Positions 37,701 to 50,449 of a DNA stretch of 64,000 nucleotides are shown piece by piece. How positions within the stretch are numbered: the stretch's first letter is position 1; each line of letters begins with the position of its first letter. Under the pieces are notes generated by a model. The model was not told the origin of the DNA, made no database searches, and saw nothing but the letters and a program-made list of their open reading frames with translations. The stretch is taken from positions 14,694,001-14,758,000 of the forward strand of contig NC_087442.1 of NCBI RefSeq assembly GCF_036321535.1, in the 5' to 3' direction. Source of the DNA: Camelus dromedarius (Eukaryota). The position numbers and the translations under genes were made by a program.

Positions 37701-39284
37701 AGTTTTCACTGTGCAACATCAGCCTCCATCCTCAAAATTTGAATTGCGCTAGAAAAATATTCCACAGAGAAATAAAAATCAAGACCAAAGCCCAGTAATG
37801 TACATAAGAAACGTCTGAGTGTGTTCAGGTATCCCCGCTGCTTTCCTGCAAGTGTCATACAGCTTGAAATCCCTGCACCTCAGCCACAGGTGTGGAGTCC
37901 AAGCTGAAAACCTCAGCCATTTGGCAGGGAGTCTGGCAAGTCGACAGCTGCTTTATTACTGGGGCTTGAAACTGACGCCAATAAACTTCTAGCACATAAG
38001 GGACCTGAAGTCCGGTTTGCGGAGACAAGGTCACCATCATGTGGAACCTGACGGAACTGCAGTGAGATTCACGTCCCCATTGCAGGGGGAGACTCAAATG
38101 ACCAAGATATCAGTGCATCCCACGGGGAGGAAACTTCAGGAATGCCTGCTCAAGGAACCTAAGAAATGTTCGAGAAACCTTGAGAAGATCCAGAGAAGGT
38201 TCAGAGAAGACCAATTACTGCTTCAAAAGAAATAAAGATCGAAAGAACTAGATACGTGATCAAAATCAATGAGATTGTAATAAAACGTAAAATAGACCCT
38301 GTGCCTGCTAAAACCAGGGTTCACGTGGTAAAGACTGAAGTATAGTACTGGGTAAAACTCACTTTTGAACAGGAAGCTTTTTGGCAATCTTTATTATAAG
38401 AGGAGATAGAGATTTTAAGCAAGTGCTGTGAGATGAGTTTCCCAAGCCAGCAGTCAGTCAACAGGAAGATATGAAATGACGAGATGTCTACTTCCAATTG
38501 GAAAATTGCTTTGGCCATATTAAGGGACTTAGCCTATTTCTAAGACAATGCTATACCTAGTCAATCTTCCAGTTTCAAAACACTGTAACCGGGTATATAG
38601 TATTTTAAGAGAGTTTCAAAATATTCCAACCACCTAAGATGTAGGTACATGTAATTGTGAAGTTAATGGAATGACCAGGATGTGTGTTGAGGAAAATGAG
38701 AGACAATGGTATTACATCCAACAACATGGTACTGCAAGTAATGTCATCTTGTGTTTGCACCATTATCTTCCACTGAAAGATCCGTGTTCTCTTTTTTCAG
38801 AAAGAACCTCCAAGCACAGAGATATTTGTTCCCTGGAAAATTCCGGGACATATTACAAACCTTATGCTTCCTGAGCAGATAGAAAGGATTTTGTGATTAC
38901 TGGGAGCCAGTGTGGATTCACTAACTAAGGGTATGTCAGAACAAATTACCCTGTTTTGATAGGGTTGACATGTAGGGTATAATGACTTCTATGTGGCATT
39001 TAAACAAAGGTTACTCTTGTTTCCTGGTTAATAACATAGTAAAATACAGTCTGGATTATTGTCCTGCAAACTATTGCACAGTTTCTCCCAGAGATGCTTA
39101 CTTTTTTCTATACTTTGGGACATTTCTAATAGAATATTGATAAATATTTATCTTGTCCTTTTAATATTTTAGCCATAATGTGAGGAAATGCTTAGAAAAT
39201 AACAGCTATCAAACTTTCATGTGATATCACTTTTGGGGGCTAGCTAATATGACTGATGTCAGAATCAGGTTTTAAAATGACTGT

Positions 39285-39680
39285 GGCAGGTCTAATCCAA
39301 AATGGTGAAATTTAACAAAGATAAATGATCTTGTATTTTAGTCAAAACAGTAAATTTTACAGCTGGATTGGGAAGACCTTTCTTTGAAATAATTTGCATA
39401 AAAATTATCTAGAAGTTTTGTTTACTAAAAAATAAATGTAGGTTTGGTAACACTCACACAAATTCATTTTACTACAATGGAACTGCTAGGTGGGCCCGAA
39501 TCAAATTTGGCTTAGTCCCTGCACTCTGGCCTAGTCAGATAATGTCTGAGACTTGTGTTTATTTTTGTGCTGCATTTTGAGAGAGACATTGATAAGTTAA
39601 ATGGTATATGGAGAAAGGATTTTGAGACGGTAAGTGCTAAAGAAGCCACTTTTTATAAGATTCATTTTGAGGAGCTGTAG
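39285..39680 (+). mobile_element. CR1/L3 LINE fragment
   Basis: CCCTGCACTCTGGCCTAGTCAGA...TGCTGCATTTTGAGAGAGACATTGATAAGTT matches the L3 ORF2 C-terminus. Confidence 0.65.
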
Positions 39681-39838
39681 TACAGCAGAGTGGTTAAGCT
39701 CGCAGATTATGGAATCAAAGAGAACTGAGTTCAAGTCCCAGAATAGCCACTGACCCTGGCATTCTGATTTTGGACAAGTTATTTAGTTTATTTGAGCTTC
39801 AGTTTCTGTATATGTAAATTGCTTATGATAATAATGAA
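39680..39838 (+). mobile_element. MIR SINE
   Basis: GAGTGGTTAAG...TGAGTTCAAGTCCCAG...GCCACT...TTGGACAAGTTATTTA...TGAGCTTCAGTTTC. Confidence 0.8.
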
Positions 39839-40034
39839 AAAGAGTATAGATGCTAGCAGAAGTTAGATTTTAAAGAGGGGATACACAGAAGGAGACATAT
39901 TCCACTTATCTTTGCAAGGTAAAATCCACAGAAGAAAGGGAATGTTAATACATTCTAATAATCTAAATTTGTTAATTAAATTACCCAATAATTTAAATTA
40001 CCCAGATTGCCTTTACAGGTAATGAGCTCTTCGT

Positions 40035-40127
40035 TGTTGTTTTTTTTTTAAATGGTAGTATTGGGGATTGAATCCAGGACCTTGTACATACTAAGCATGA
40101 GCTCTACCACTGAGCAATTTCTCTCCC
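40035..40127 (-). mobile_element. Camelid-type tRNA-derived SINE (Vic-1-like)
   Basis: Reverse complement of the 31336 element: TTTTTTAAATGGTAGTATTGGGGATTGAATCCAGGACC...CTCTACCACTGAGC. Confidence 0.85.
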
Positions 40128-42911
40128 TCTAAGATCTTTGTTCTTGAAGCTATTCAAAAAAGTCCAAATTACCAGCTCTCAGGGGACGTCTGCTGTCAGT
40201 TGGAGGTTTGACTCTTTGTATGGCCACTAATTCTCATCCATATAACTATGTCATTCACTCTTTCAGCAAGTAGTTATTATCACCGGGCACTGAACAACCA
40301 ACAGACAGGCAGGCATCCTGCCTCTGAGCCTCTGAGTCTAATGGAAACAGACACACATGCTCAATCACATTGCAACGGGTTAAGGGACAAGCGTGGAGCA
40401 GTACAGCTAAGTAGATACAGTTCACCTGTCTGGTAAGATTATTTTTTTAGCCCCATTGCTCATCTTCTTATTTGAAATGCCACCCTTTGGAATTAAAACA
40501 CCAGAATAACTTAAAGGTTTTTTTTTATTGGTCTGCAACAAATTCTCTTTTCCAAAACCTAACTCTGGCTTTCTATACATTTCTCTCTTCCCCAAACCCT
40601 TCCTGACTCTCCCGCTGTAAGATTTTTCATCTCATCTTTCCAGTGAAGGAAAGGGGACATGCTGCACGCTTTTTCCCACACTGTCTTCCTCTTCTCAGAG
40701 ACTTTATTTTTAAAAATAGATCAAATCTCACCATTTGCTGAGCAGTGGCCAATAGTCACGACGGACCTGTGCCTAAGGTCCCAAATCATTTCTATTGACA
40801 ACCATTTCTTCCAATAATTAAAAGTCTCCATTTTTGACTGGACTAGAGGGTTTTATAATTGCTTTGGTTCTTTGGAAAAACAGAGTCATCATAGTTTTCT
40901 GACTTTATTCCCCAGATCTTTGGATAACTGGCCATATCCTTTCCCTCCAACTGCTGCTTACCTTGGCTTTCAGTACTGTGGGCAGCACAAAGACGTCCCA
41001 TTTTGAAAGGGATAGAGGAAAAATATCTGTTCCTAGGGTCCCAGCATCCTGCATCAAATCTGAAGGAAGAGAAGGACACCTGTGTGGAGAGCCAATAGGA
41101 TAGCTGTGGACTTAGGGTGTGGCTGCTTAAAACACAGCTTTTCCCTAAGTCCCATCACGTCTCAAACCATCGGAGCCTTGTTTTCCCACTTCCTCCTCTG
41201 ACTGCTGAATCCATCCCACATTCAGTGCACAAACTGATTAGGTAATGAAGACATATAATCAATGACAAGCCTGGCAGGAAGGCATCCTACCCAGAGTCAT
41301 CTGATCCCTGAGGAGAGAGGATGTGCTGAGGTTGAGGGACCGGCCGGAAAGAAACAATTCTCTTGAGAATGACACAGTTCAGGACATTTTTCTCCTCAGG
41401 CAGGTCACATTTGAATCCTTGAAGTATTGCCAGAGTTACTTAGCAGAAATTTAATTTCTAAGTGTTTTGTTATTATTCTGTTCAAATCTTGCTTTAATTT
41501 CTAGTTTTATTATCTAGTTATGAAAGCTTATGGTATGATAATTTCTGCTTTTTGAAATTTACTGAGGCTTTTTTTTAGGAAGTTTATGATCAGTCTTTGT
41601 CAACATACTGAAAACTTTTAAATGAAAATATACTTTAATTTTGAGTATAAAGTATGACTAAAGGGAATGAGGGGGGGAAAAGGTATTGGATAATTCAAAT
41701 AATGGCTAAAACAAAAACTGTCACCCGTTTTCAATAATTCTATAGGCACATTGACCTGGATAAAAACAGCATAAGCCTGGGGTGGCTATCCTGCAGCCCT
41801 TTGATGTCCTGAATTCCCTTTTTTTTTTTCCCTGATAAATTTTCTGTTAAATTACCTGGGTTTCTAAATACACAATTTTATCATCTTCAAACGGCTACTG
41901 AATTTCTTTTCTGCTTTTGGACCTCATTATTGCAAAAGGTAGTCTAAGTACAGGCAGATTTTGTTCTTTTGAACAGAACCAGCTTTTATATTTTTAACAT
42001 TTTGGTTTAGTTTTTTTTTTTTTTTAACCCTGAATACCTATAGAAATTTCTCTTTTGCCCTTAAAATAGTAGGGAGAAAAGTTGTGTGGATTTAAGGGTG
42101 GATTTATTTTCATTTAATTGTCTGGCACGTGGTTGATCCAATTCTATCCTCCTGCTCATGTTTTTCTAATTGTTTGTTAGATTTTCCACTAAAGACATTG
42201 TTCGTTATGGTTTTTGTTATTGTTGTTTTAGATCTAATTATTCTGTTGCTCATCCAGGAACAGATGTTATTCTTAGTTTGTTATCTCCATTATTTCCTCT
42301 CATTATCTATTGAAGTCTTCATTGTTTTCTTATCTTGTCCTTTCTTTCTGCCTTATGGAAAACTTCTCAAGTTTGCTATGTCACTGATTCAATTTTCTAC
42401 AATGCCAATTCTGCTCATCATTGCTGCCAAAAAAGATGAATACTCTTCTTTTCAGTTGTACTTTTAGTTTTCATGAAATTATTTCTTATCCCACTCATCT
42501 CTAATACATTGTACCTTGTTTTGTCTTTAAACTAACCTATGCTCTTTTTCTGTTTTTTATTTTGCTTGTTTAATAGAAGCAATTTTTTTTTAAATCAGAG
42601 AATTAAAAACTGATTTCTAACTGTTTGGTTTTTTATGGCTATACATACATTTTAGAGGATGTTCATTCTCTAAATTTAAGTTGAAATTTTCCCTTTTCTT
42701 AACATAGATGTTTTTATTCAATTTATGTATAGTTATTGGTTTAAAATTTTTACATTTCCTTTTCTAAGTGTAAGAATTGTTTTCCCAACATGATTTTTTT
42801 CAGGAGAGAAATGTTTTATCTCTACCTTATCTCCAAATATTAAATCCCTATTTGGGCTTACAGCTGGGAGCAAGGAGTTTTAAACTCTGTTCCAAGCACC
42901 TGGCAGAATTT

Positions 42912-43160
42912 CATAATAATAAGAGCTAACATATAACATTAACTAACTATAACGTTAACCATACACTAGGCACTGTTTCAAGAGCTTAGCATATTCCATT
43001 CACTTGCTCCTCCCCAATGCCCTATGTGGTAGATACGATTATTATCCCTATTTTACAGATGAGGAAATTGCAGAACAAGGAGGTTAAGTAACCCTTGGAG
43101 GTCAGTCAGTTGGTTAGTGGGAGAGCCAGGCTCTGAAGCCAGGCTGTTTGAGCTTAGACT
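42912..43160 (-). mobile_element. MIR SINE, near full length
   Basis: ATTATCCCTATTTTACAGATGAGGAAATTGCAGAACAAGGAGGTTAAGTAAC. Confidence 0.88.
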
Positions 43161-43811
43161 CCACCTCCTCCTATTCTTACCTGAGATAAGCTTGTCCTCT
43201 TTTGTTGGTTTTCTCTCCACATCACAAGTTCATAAACTTTCTGGATCTCAGTCATCATAATGGGAAAAAAAACCCCACTTACCCATATGCAGACAATATC
43301 TGCATACAATTTCATAAATCTTATGTACAGCGGATCTCTGGACCCTCTAAGTTTACAGTCCCTGCTCCAAACTGATCAAGTACAAAGTATACTCTCTCTG
43401 GGACATACTGATGCCAGGGCTGTTCCTGACATGTTTGATGGGCATTCAAAATGTGTCATCTACCTTCCCCTGACATCTTGCTTAATTGTTTCTTGGAAAT
43501 TGTGTCCACTAGCTGAAAGACAAATCTTGGTGGGATAAGGTGGGGAATAGCATTCCAAAAGCATAAAACCAAGCCCTCACATAATAAGGAAATTTCTGAT
43601 TAACTTTCTAGGGATTACTGTTCATGGGGACAAGCAAGGTGGCAGAGTTTGGTCAGGAAGTCTTGTATTCTTTCTAGTAATTTAGTGGCAGTTTGTCACA
43701 GACTGTAATTTTCATTAACTACAAGAACAGTGGGGAAATTTTGCAGTTTCAGTTTTATTGTGCCATGAACTTGTATACTGTTTCAGTGATCTCACACACA
43801 TATTAGTGGAA

Positions 43812-44820
43812 ATGAGGGACTAATTTCCAAAATATACAAATAGCTCATACAGCTTAATATATAAAAAAAAGAAAAAGAAACAACCCAATCAAAAAATGGG
43901 CAGAAGATCCAAACAGACATTTCTTCAAATAAGACATCCAGATGGCCAAAAGGCGCATGAAAAGATGCTCAATATTGCTAATTATTAGAGAAATGCAAAT
44001 CAAAACTACAATGAGGTATCATCTCACACCAGTCAGAATGGCCATCATTTAAAAAGTCTACAAATAATAAATGCTGGAGTGTGTGAGGAGAAAAAGGAAC
44101 CCTCCTACATTGTTGTTGGGAATGTAAATTGGTGAAGCCACTATGGAGGTCAGTATGAAGATTCCTTAAAAAACTAAAAATAGACTTACCATATGATCCA
44201 GCAATCCCACTCTTGAGCATATATTCAGAGCAAACTATAATTTGAAAAGNNNNNNNNNNNNNNNNNNNNNNNNNNNNNNNNNNNNNNNNNNNNNNNNNNN
44301 NNNNNNNNNNNNNNNNNNNNNNNNNNNNNNNNNNNNNNNNNNNNNNNNNNNNNNNNNNNNNNNNNNNNNNNNNNNNNNNNNNNNNNAGAATGAAAAAATG
44401 TCATTTGCAGCAACATGGATGGACCTAAGTGAAGTAAGTCACACAGGGAAAGACAAATATAATATCACTATATATGTGGAGTCTAAAATATGATACAAAT
44501 TCTATTTACAAACCAAAAACAGACCCATGGGCATAGAAAACAAACTATGGTCACCAAAGGGGAAAGGGCAAGGAGGGATAAATTAGGGTTTGGGGATTAA
44601 CAGACACACATTATTATATATAAAACAGGTAAACAACAAAAATCTACTGTATAGCACAGTGAACTCTATTCAATGTCTTGTAGTAACATATAATGGAAAA
44701 GAATCTGAAAAGAAAAAATATATGTGTATGCATTTGTGTAACTGAATCACTTTGCTGTACACCTGAAACTAACATTATAAATCAACTATACTTCAATAAA
44801 AAATTAAAGTTTTTTAAAAA
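43812..44820 (+). mobile_element. 5'-truncated L1 (ORF2 C-terminus, 3'UTR, A-rich tail)
   Basis: NPIKKWAED...[20 protein letters not shown] motifs; artiodactyl-type 3'UTR ending TAACTGAATCACTTTGCTGTACACCTGAAACTAACA...CAATAAAAAA. Confidence 0.92.
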
Positions 44821-46494
44821 GCCAATAAATATTGGTTAAACGATTATGCTTTTTCATTGTGGAGGCTGATGTCAGTTTTTGCTGCATCTGGTTAAGTAAA
44901 TCATGCCACACCCATGGTAGCTGCTCATTTATCTTGCAACCAGAAATAACATGGACAAAGTATTTGTATGTCACCACATTACAAGCTTTGCACTCACCAG
45001 GGTGGAGGGTAAAAATTACTCTGCAAGCATTTTCTTCTCCTGTGCACTAAGCAAAGGACCTTATGTGGCAATACAGTTGTTCTGCAATAGAATCATAAAA
45101 TCATAAAATTTTAGAATGAGTATGAATCTAAAAGATGGTATATGACTGTCTCACAAAGGTTTTTTATTTCAGTATAAATGAAAGATCAGAACATTAAATG
45201 CTGGCATCAAAAGGGGAAATAGATTGCAAAATACCATTTAGTATCACAACTAGACTGTTAGAAAAATATCAGATAATCTAAATATATATTTATTCCTATA
45301 TGTCTCAATTTATTTATTTATATTTAGTCTTAAAAATAATTTGATATGTATGTTCGTGTTAACATGAGATCTGTAGACTATTTCAAACTATGAATTTTCT
45401 TGATTATATTTAAAAATGGATACAGACCTTACAGGAATAGTATATCCTATTTACCATCAAAATATCTAAGGGTGTCATTTCTTTTAATTTTAATTAATAG
45501 AATATCAAATTTTCAAACTGAAACTTCTGAATTAAAGACAGTTGCTTTATAATAGCACCAAAATGTTTGATTCTACAGAAGAACTGGTGACTTTCACAGC
45601 TCTCCCTGAGGAATAATGCTTTTTCCAAGTAAACCTTGGCAGGTAAGCAAATTAAAATAAAAACAATTGTAATTAAAGACAGGTAAACCCATAGTCTTGA
45701 TTTTGGCTTTGTTTCTGCATATTACTCCATATTAACAGTTGCTCTCATCTACTTTCTATAAAATGAATGAAAAAATATCTAGCATATGGAGAGAGAGAAA
45801 AACAGAAAAAGGAGCAATTAGGCATCCCACATTAAAAGGGAATTCAGCCTCATCTTTGTTTCTGTCCATTAAAGAAATTCCTTCTTGTCACCATTTTCAA
45901 AGTACTGATGGACAAAGGAATGAGGCAGTTCAGACAGACCTGAAAAAAGTTTTTGTTGTTTTGCTATCTCCTTCTATTGAGGTTACTGCCATTCTTAATT
46001 ACGTTGTAGCAAAATGGCAGAAGCCAGTGATAGTTCAAAGCAGCCTTAGTTGACCTAGTGGTTGGTATTTAGTACTTGGCCTAAGACTCGCCTATGAACA
46101 GGCCAAAGATTAAATAAAGCTCCAAAAAAATGGCCAAATTGGTCCTTGACGAAGTTCTTAGTAACTTTAGTTGTTGAACCATTATCTACCTACCTGTCTA
46201 TCATACCTCTTTATTAAATATTATTAATAAGACTAACACTTATTGAGTTTTATGAGCCTTTGTATTTTTATATAGAATATAGATTTTTGATACTGCTATC
46301 AAATATATTTTAACCTGCAGAGTTTACTAATACTTAATGAACCCAAAGCATCTTGGTTAACATTATTTTCTTGTGTATTATCTTATTTATCAGATAACTA
46401 CACGCACGTGACCTTTTCTTCTCAGATAAAAACAGCTTCATTTTTTTATTATAATACATGTTTGTTATATAAAAATACAGATATAAAATAAAAT

Positions 46495-46925
46495 ATAGCT
46501 GAAGCCCAACGACCAGTTATATTTCTTTCATGTTCAAATTGGACACAGTTTTAAAATTTTATTTATTTTTAACATTCATCAGATTTGTTTATTTAATTCA
46601 GGTAGCATTGATTTATAATATTATGTAAGTTTCATGTGTACAAATTTTATTTCTGCTTCTGTATATCCTACATTATGCTCACTACTAAAAATTTACTTTT
46701 CATCCACCACCATATAGTTGGTCCCCTTTACCCATTTTGCCCTCCCTCTCAACCCTCCCCCTCTGGTAACCACTACTGTGTTCTCTGTATCTAGCTGTTT
46801 GTTTTGGTTTGGTTGTTTTATTTGTTTGTTTATTAGCTTTTTATATTCCACATATGAGTGATATCATACAATGTTTGTCTCTTCATCTGACTTTTTTCAC
46901 TTAGTATAATATCTCCAAGGTCCAT
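46495..46925 (-). mobile_element. L1 3'UTR fragment (L1MA-like)
   Basis: CCCTCTGGTAACCACTACTGTGTTCTCTGTATC...TATTCCACATATGAGTGATATCATAC...TTCACTTAGTATAAT. Confidence 0.85.
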
Positions 46926-47014
46926 CAATAGGCCCTTTGGACTCTAGGGTCCAACACAGAAATACACTGATTTTAAAAAACAGCCTATATATGGCCATAT
47001 TATATATAATCAGG

Positions 47015-48200
47015 CTCATAATAGTGGACATTCAATTGTTTCTAGTCTTTGTAATATAAATAACACTGATTAATTCTTTGTATATTTATTATTTTGTATA
47101 TTTGCATGCTTATCCAGTCATCAGTTTAGGAAATATTCCTGGGTGTGGCTGCTGAGTCAAGGATACGTACAATTAGAACTTTGACAAATGTCTCCAAAAT
47201 ACTTTCCAGAAGTTTAAACATATTTACACTTCCACTAAAAATACCAGTGCACATATTCTTTCATATACTCTTCAAAACAGACAGTTAGTCTTTTTAATCT
47301 TTGTGAATCAGATGGGTGAAAAGTAATACTTTTTTTCAAATTTTTTCAATTTTGTTTATATATATATGTTTTACTATGTATTACTGTTTTACTGCCAGTT
47401 TCTGGGTCTATGACAACATGAGTCATAAAGACGCTGGGAGGATAAGAAGGAGAGAGAAGGTGTCTTCTTGTATTTTACCCATTTCCTTCGGGATATTCTC
47501 TCTTTTTTGGTTCTTACTGAACTGTAGGAATTTTGTATAAATAGGTAGTTAACCTCTTTTGAGTCATTATTATAATTATTAAGCACACAGACTTTGTAAT
47601 CAGTGCAAGCTTAGTGTAAACTCCAGTTCCTAGAATTACTAGCTCTGCGACTTAGAGCAAGATTACTGAGTGTCACGACTCCTTCACGTCACTCTTTCTG
47701 TAAAATAGGAGTACAGAGTTGTCATTATGAAAGTAAATGATGTATTCAGATGCTGAAAGATCACTTGGCAATTGATAAAATAATATCAGATACCAATATC
47801 CTTACTACTAAAATATGTTACAGATACTTATTTCCATTTTATCAGTTGTACCTTAAACTTCTTAAGCTGTTTTATGTCATACAGAATTTGTTATTCTTTT
47901 AAAAGCCAGCTAAATGTTCAACAATTTTCTTACTTTTGGTATCATGTTCTAGAAGGGATTATTCTCAATATCTAGTAAGATAATCATTACCTATATTTTC
48001 TTCTAAAGCCACTATGGTTTGATTTTTGCATTTTGAGTCACGTGGAATTTAATTTGCTATTAGAAGTAAGATAAAACTATAGTTTGAATTTTTTGCCAGA
48101 ATGACTAGTTAGTTGCCCAAGCTGCTATTGGAGAATCAATTTTTATTATCTTTTTATAGTTAAATAATACTTTTATACTAAATTATTTTTAAGCCGATTT
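47015..48200 (-). mobile_element. Old L1 (L1ME-like) antisense fragment, interrupted by MIR
   Basis: GGACATTCAATTGTTTCTAGTCTTTG...TTTACACTTCCACTAAAA...; degenerate. Confidence 0.55.
47590..47760 (+). mobile_element. MIR SINE
   Basis: ACTCCAGTTCC...TTACTAGCTCTGCGACTTAGAGCAAG...TTTCTGTAAAATAGG. Confidence 0.6.
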
Positions 48201-48269
48201 CTGGACTCACTACTGATCAGTTTATTTATTTCTGTTTAATCGCTGTATAGTCTGCATCTCACTCTACTG

Positions 48270-48712
48270 TTCTTCCTCATCTAATCCCCCTTCACACGTC
48301 CATATATTCCACAGCTGTACCAGAGTCTAGTTTCCCAGGTAAGTCTCTCTATATGTCTCACTCTCACCCTAATACTGTCATTCTACTTACCTTAAGAGCT
48401 TTTTACACCCTCCAACACACACATACTCATCACGTAGCTCTTTCACAGCATCATGACCTCAGGTCATCTGCTCCTTCCACTAAGCAGTCTTTCTTTAGAC
48501 TCTTGTCACATTTTGAGATTCCCGCTTCCATATTGCCATGGAACTAAGCCTGAATTTCCATCAGGGTAGTTTTCACACGGTTAATTGTTGATTGACTTGT
48601 ATGCCTCTTCCTCTAGAAAGCACCCAGAGACTATGCCTTATTCAACTTACATCCCCGGCACCTGGAGCATAGTAGGTGTGCAATAAATATTCTTAAGTGA
48701 ATGAGTAAGTGA
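48270..48712 (+). mobile_element. L2 3' fragment
   Basis: Ends CCCCGGCACCTGGAGCATAGTAGGTGTGCAATAAATATTCTTAAGTGAATGA. Confidence 0.7.
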
Positions 48713-49337
48713 TTTTATTAAATGTTGTAAAACGTTCAGAGAAAGGAAAACACATTGTTCCCTTGAATAATTCAGAACCATTTCAACCAAAGGCCTGAGC
48801 CAAATGGTAAATTATGGAAACCAGAGAAGTAAGCAAAAGCTGTGCTTCTGCTAATGTCTGCTACAGTTGGAGGAGGGAAGTGAGTGATTTCATGGCCTAA
48901 AGTAACCTTTTTCTAATGGGGAAAAATATTTCAAGAGGTATGCCTGGCTGGGGGATGGAGGTGGTGGAAACAAGGTGCATTTAACGATTTTAATTTGCTT
49001 TTTCATCTTTGTTATTGGCCCCGAAAACAGAATTCAGATTTTGGAGCAGAAAATAGCAGTTTGATGGAAAGTTTCTTCCATTAGGGAGCACAAAGGGTTT
49101 GGGACTTGAGAGGCAGAAGAATGGGCATTACAAAATAGAATGGCTCAAATCTGGCCCTGGCTACAGGGACTGGGGAGGTTGAGGCTTGGAAGATATTTGT
49201 GGCATAATCATTGATTAGAATAGTGAAGCTTTTACACACACACACACAAAAAATCCCCAAGACATAAAAACCAAAAGGTTGTGTCTCAGAGCATTCACAG
49301 TTGCATCCCCAAATGATTTGACTCTGAGAACACACTG

Positions 49338-49470
49338 CTTTTATTCAACAAATACTTACTAAGTCCATACTCTATGCTTGAGACTGTTCTAAACTGTGAA
49401 AATTACAGCAAGGAGTGTGGCAACGTCCACGCCCTCATTCAGAGTGCTGTGTGTTCAGTCTGGTGAGGAG
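49338..49470 (-). mobile_element. L2 3' end fragment
   Basis: TTTATTCAACAAATACTTACTAAG...CTATGC. Confidence 0.6.
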
Positions 49471-50417
49471 GAATAGGGGTCAACGATGGTCAAAATTAAC
49501 CTAAGCTTAGGTGGAGGGAATTAATGTGTACTTGTTTATATTCCTTTCCTTGGTCTTTGTTTCTATCCATTGACAAAGAAGTTACTAAATTATTTTTATT
49601 TTAATTATCACTTATTTTTCCAAAAAAAATCTTCTTTCCTTTGTATGTGCCCATCCAGTCGTGTACATGCCCATGGGCTAGCAGTGGCTACTGGTTCGGC
49701 ATGGATGGCAGCTCAGAGGGAGCGGAAGTCTCTAAAGTGGTTCTTGAAGCCTGGTATCGATGAGGACCAGCTGTGGAGTTTTACAAAAGGGCCTCTCCTC
49801 TGGGTATTATGACACAGTAGGTCTACATGGAATTACGTGGTTCTAGGGGCACCCCAAGCTGGGAGCCGCTATTCTATGAGACTGAACACACATATTAGTG
49901 ATTGCAACTGACATCAGTATTTACAAATTAAAGTGGTGGTGTGTGAACAAATGGCTTTTTCTTCCTCAAATGGTTTTTCCATAGATACTAAAATGTTGAT
50001 TGCTTCAGTGAAGTCGCACTTTCTATGAGAGGCTGAGGGAAGAATTCCTGTTTTACTGTTGGTGGTAGCCCTATTCCACACATAGGGACTGTGTGAAGCA
50101 CTTATGAGAGAATTTTTGCTTTTATATAACCTTTTCATTGACTAGATAGTAATTTTTATCATCGCCAGCTCGTAACAGATTATCATCCCCAAATAGGCAT
50201 ACGATAACTGGCATCCAGTTCAGGGGCTAAATTTTAATGTCGGCTCCATAAGGGACAGATGCAAGCGGTATGCTGAGTTTTATATGTGTTCCTTTCTCCG
50301 CTGATTAAAAAAGCCATTAAATCACTAACTCACTAATGGACATACAAATCTTGCCAATGATTTTTCCCCAAACATATATATACCCTTAAATTTGGCTGGT
50401 TGGAAAAATCTCTCTCT

Positions 50418-50423
<6 letters not shown>

Positions 50424-50449
<26 letters not shown>
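50424..50449. repeat. (CA)13 microsatellite
   Basis: Seen directly. Confidence 0.95.

Noticed and set aside
38017-38235. 72-aa ORF with a charged, protein-like tail
   Set aside because: No recognisable family and no supporting splice context; too short to call.
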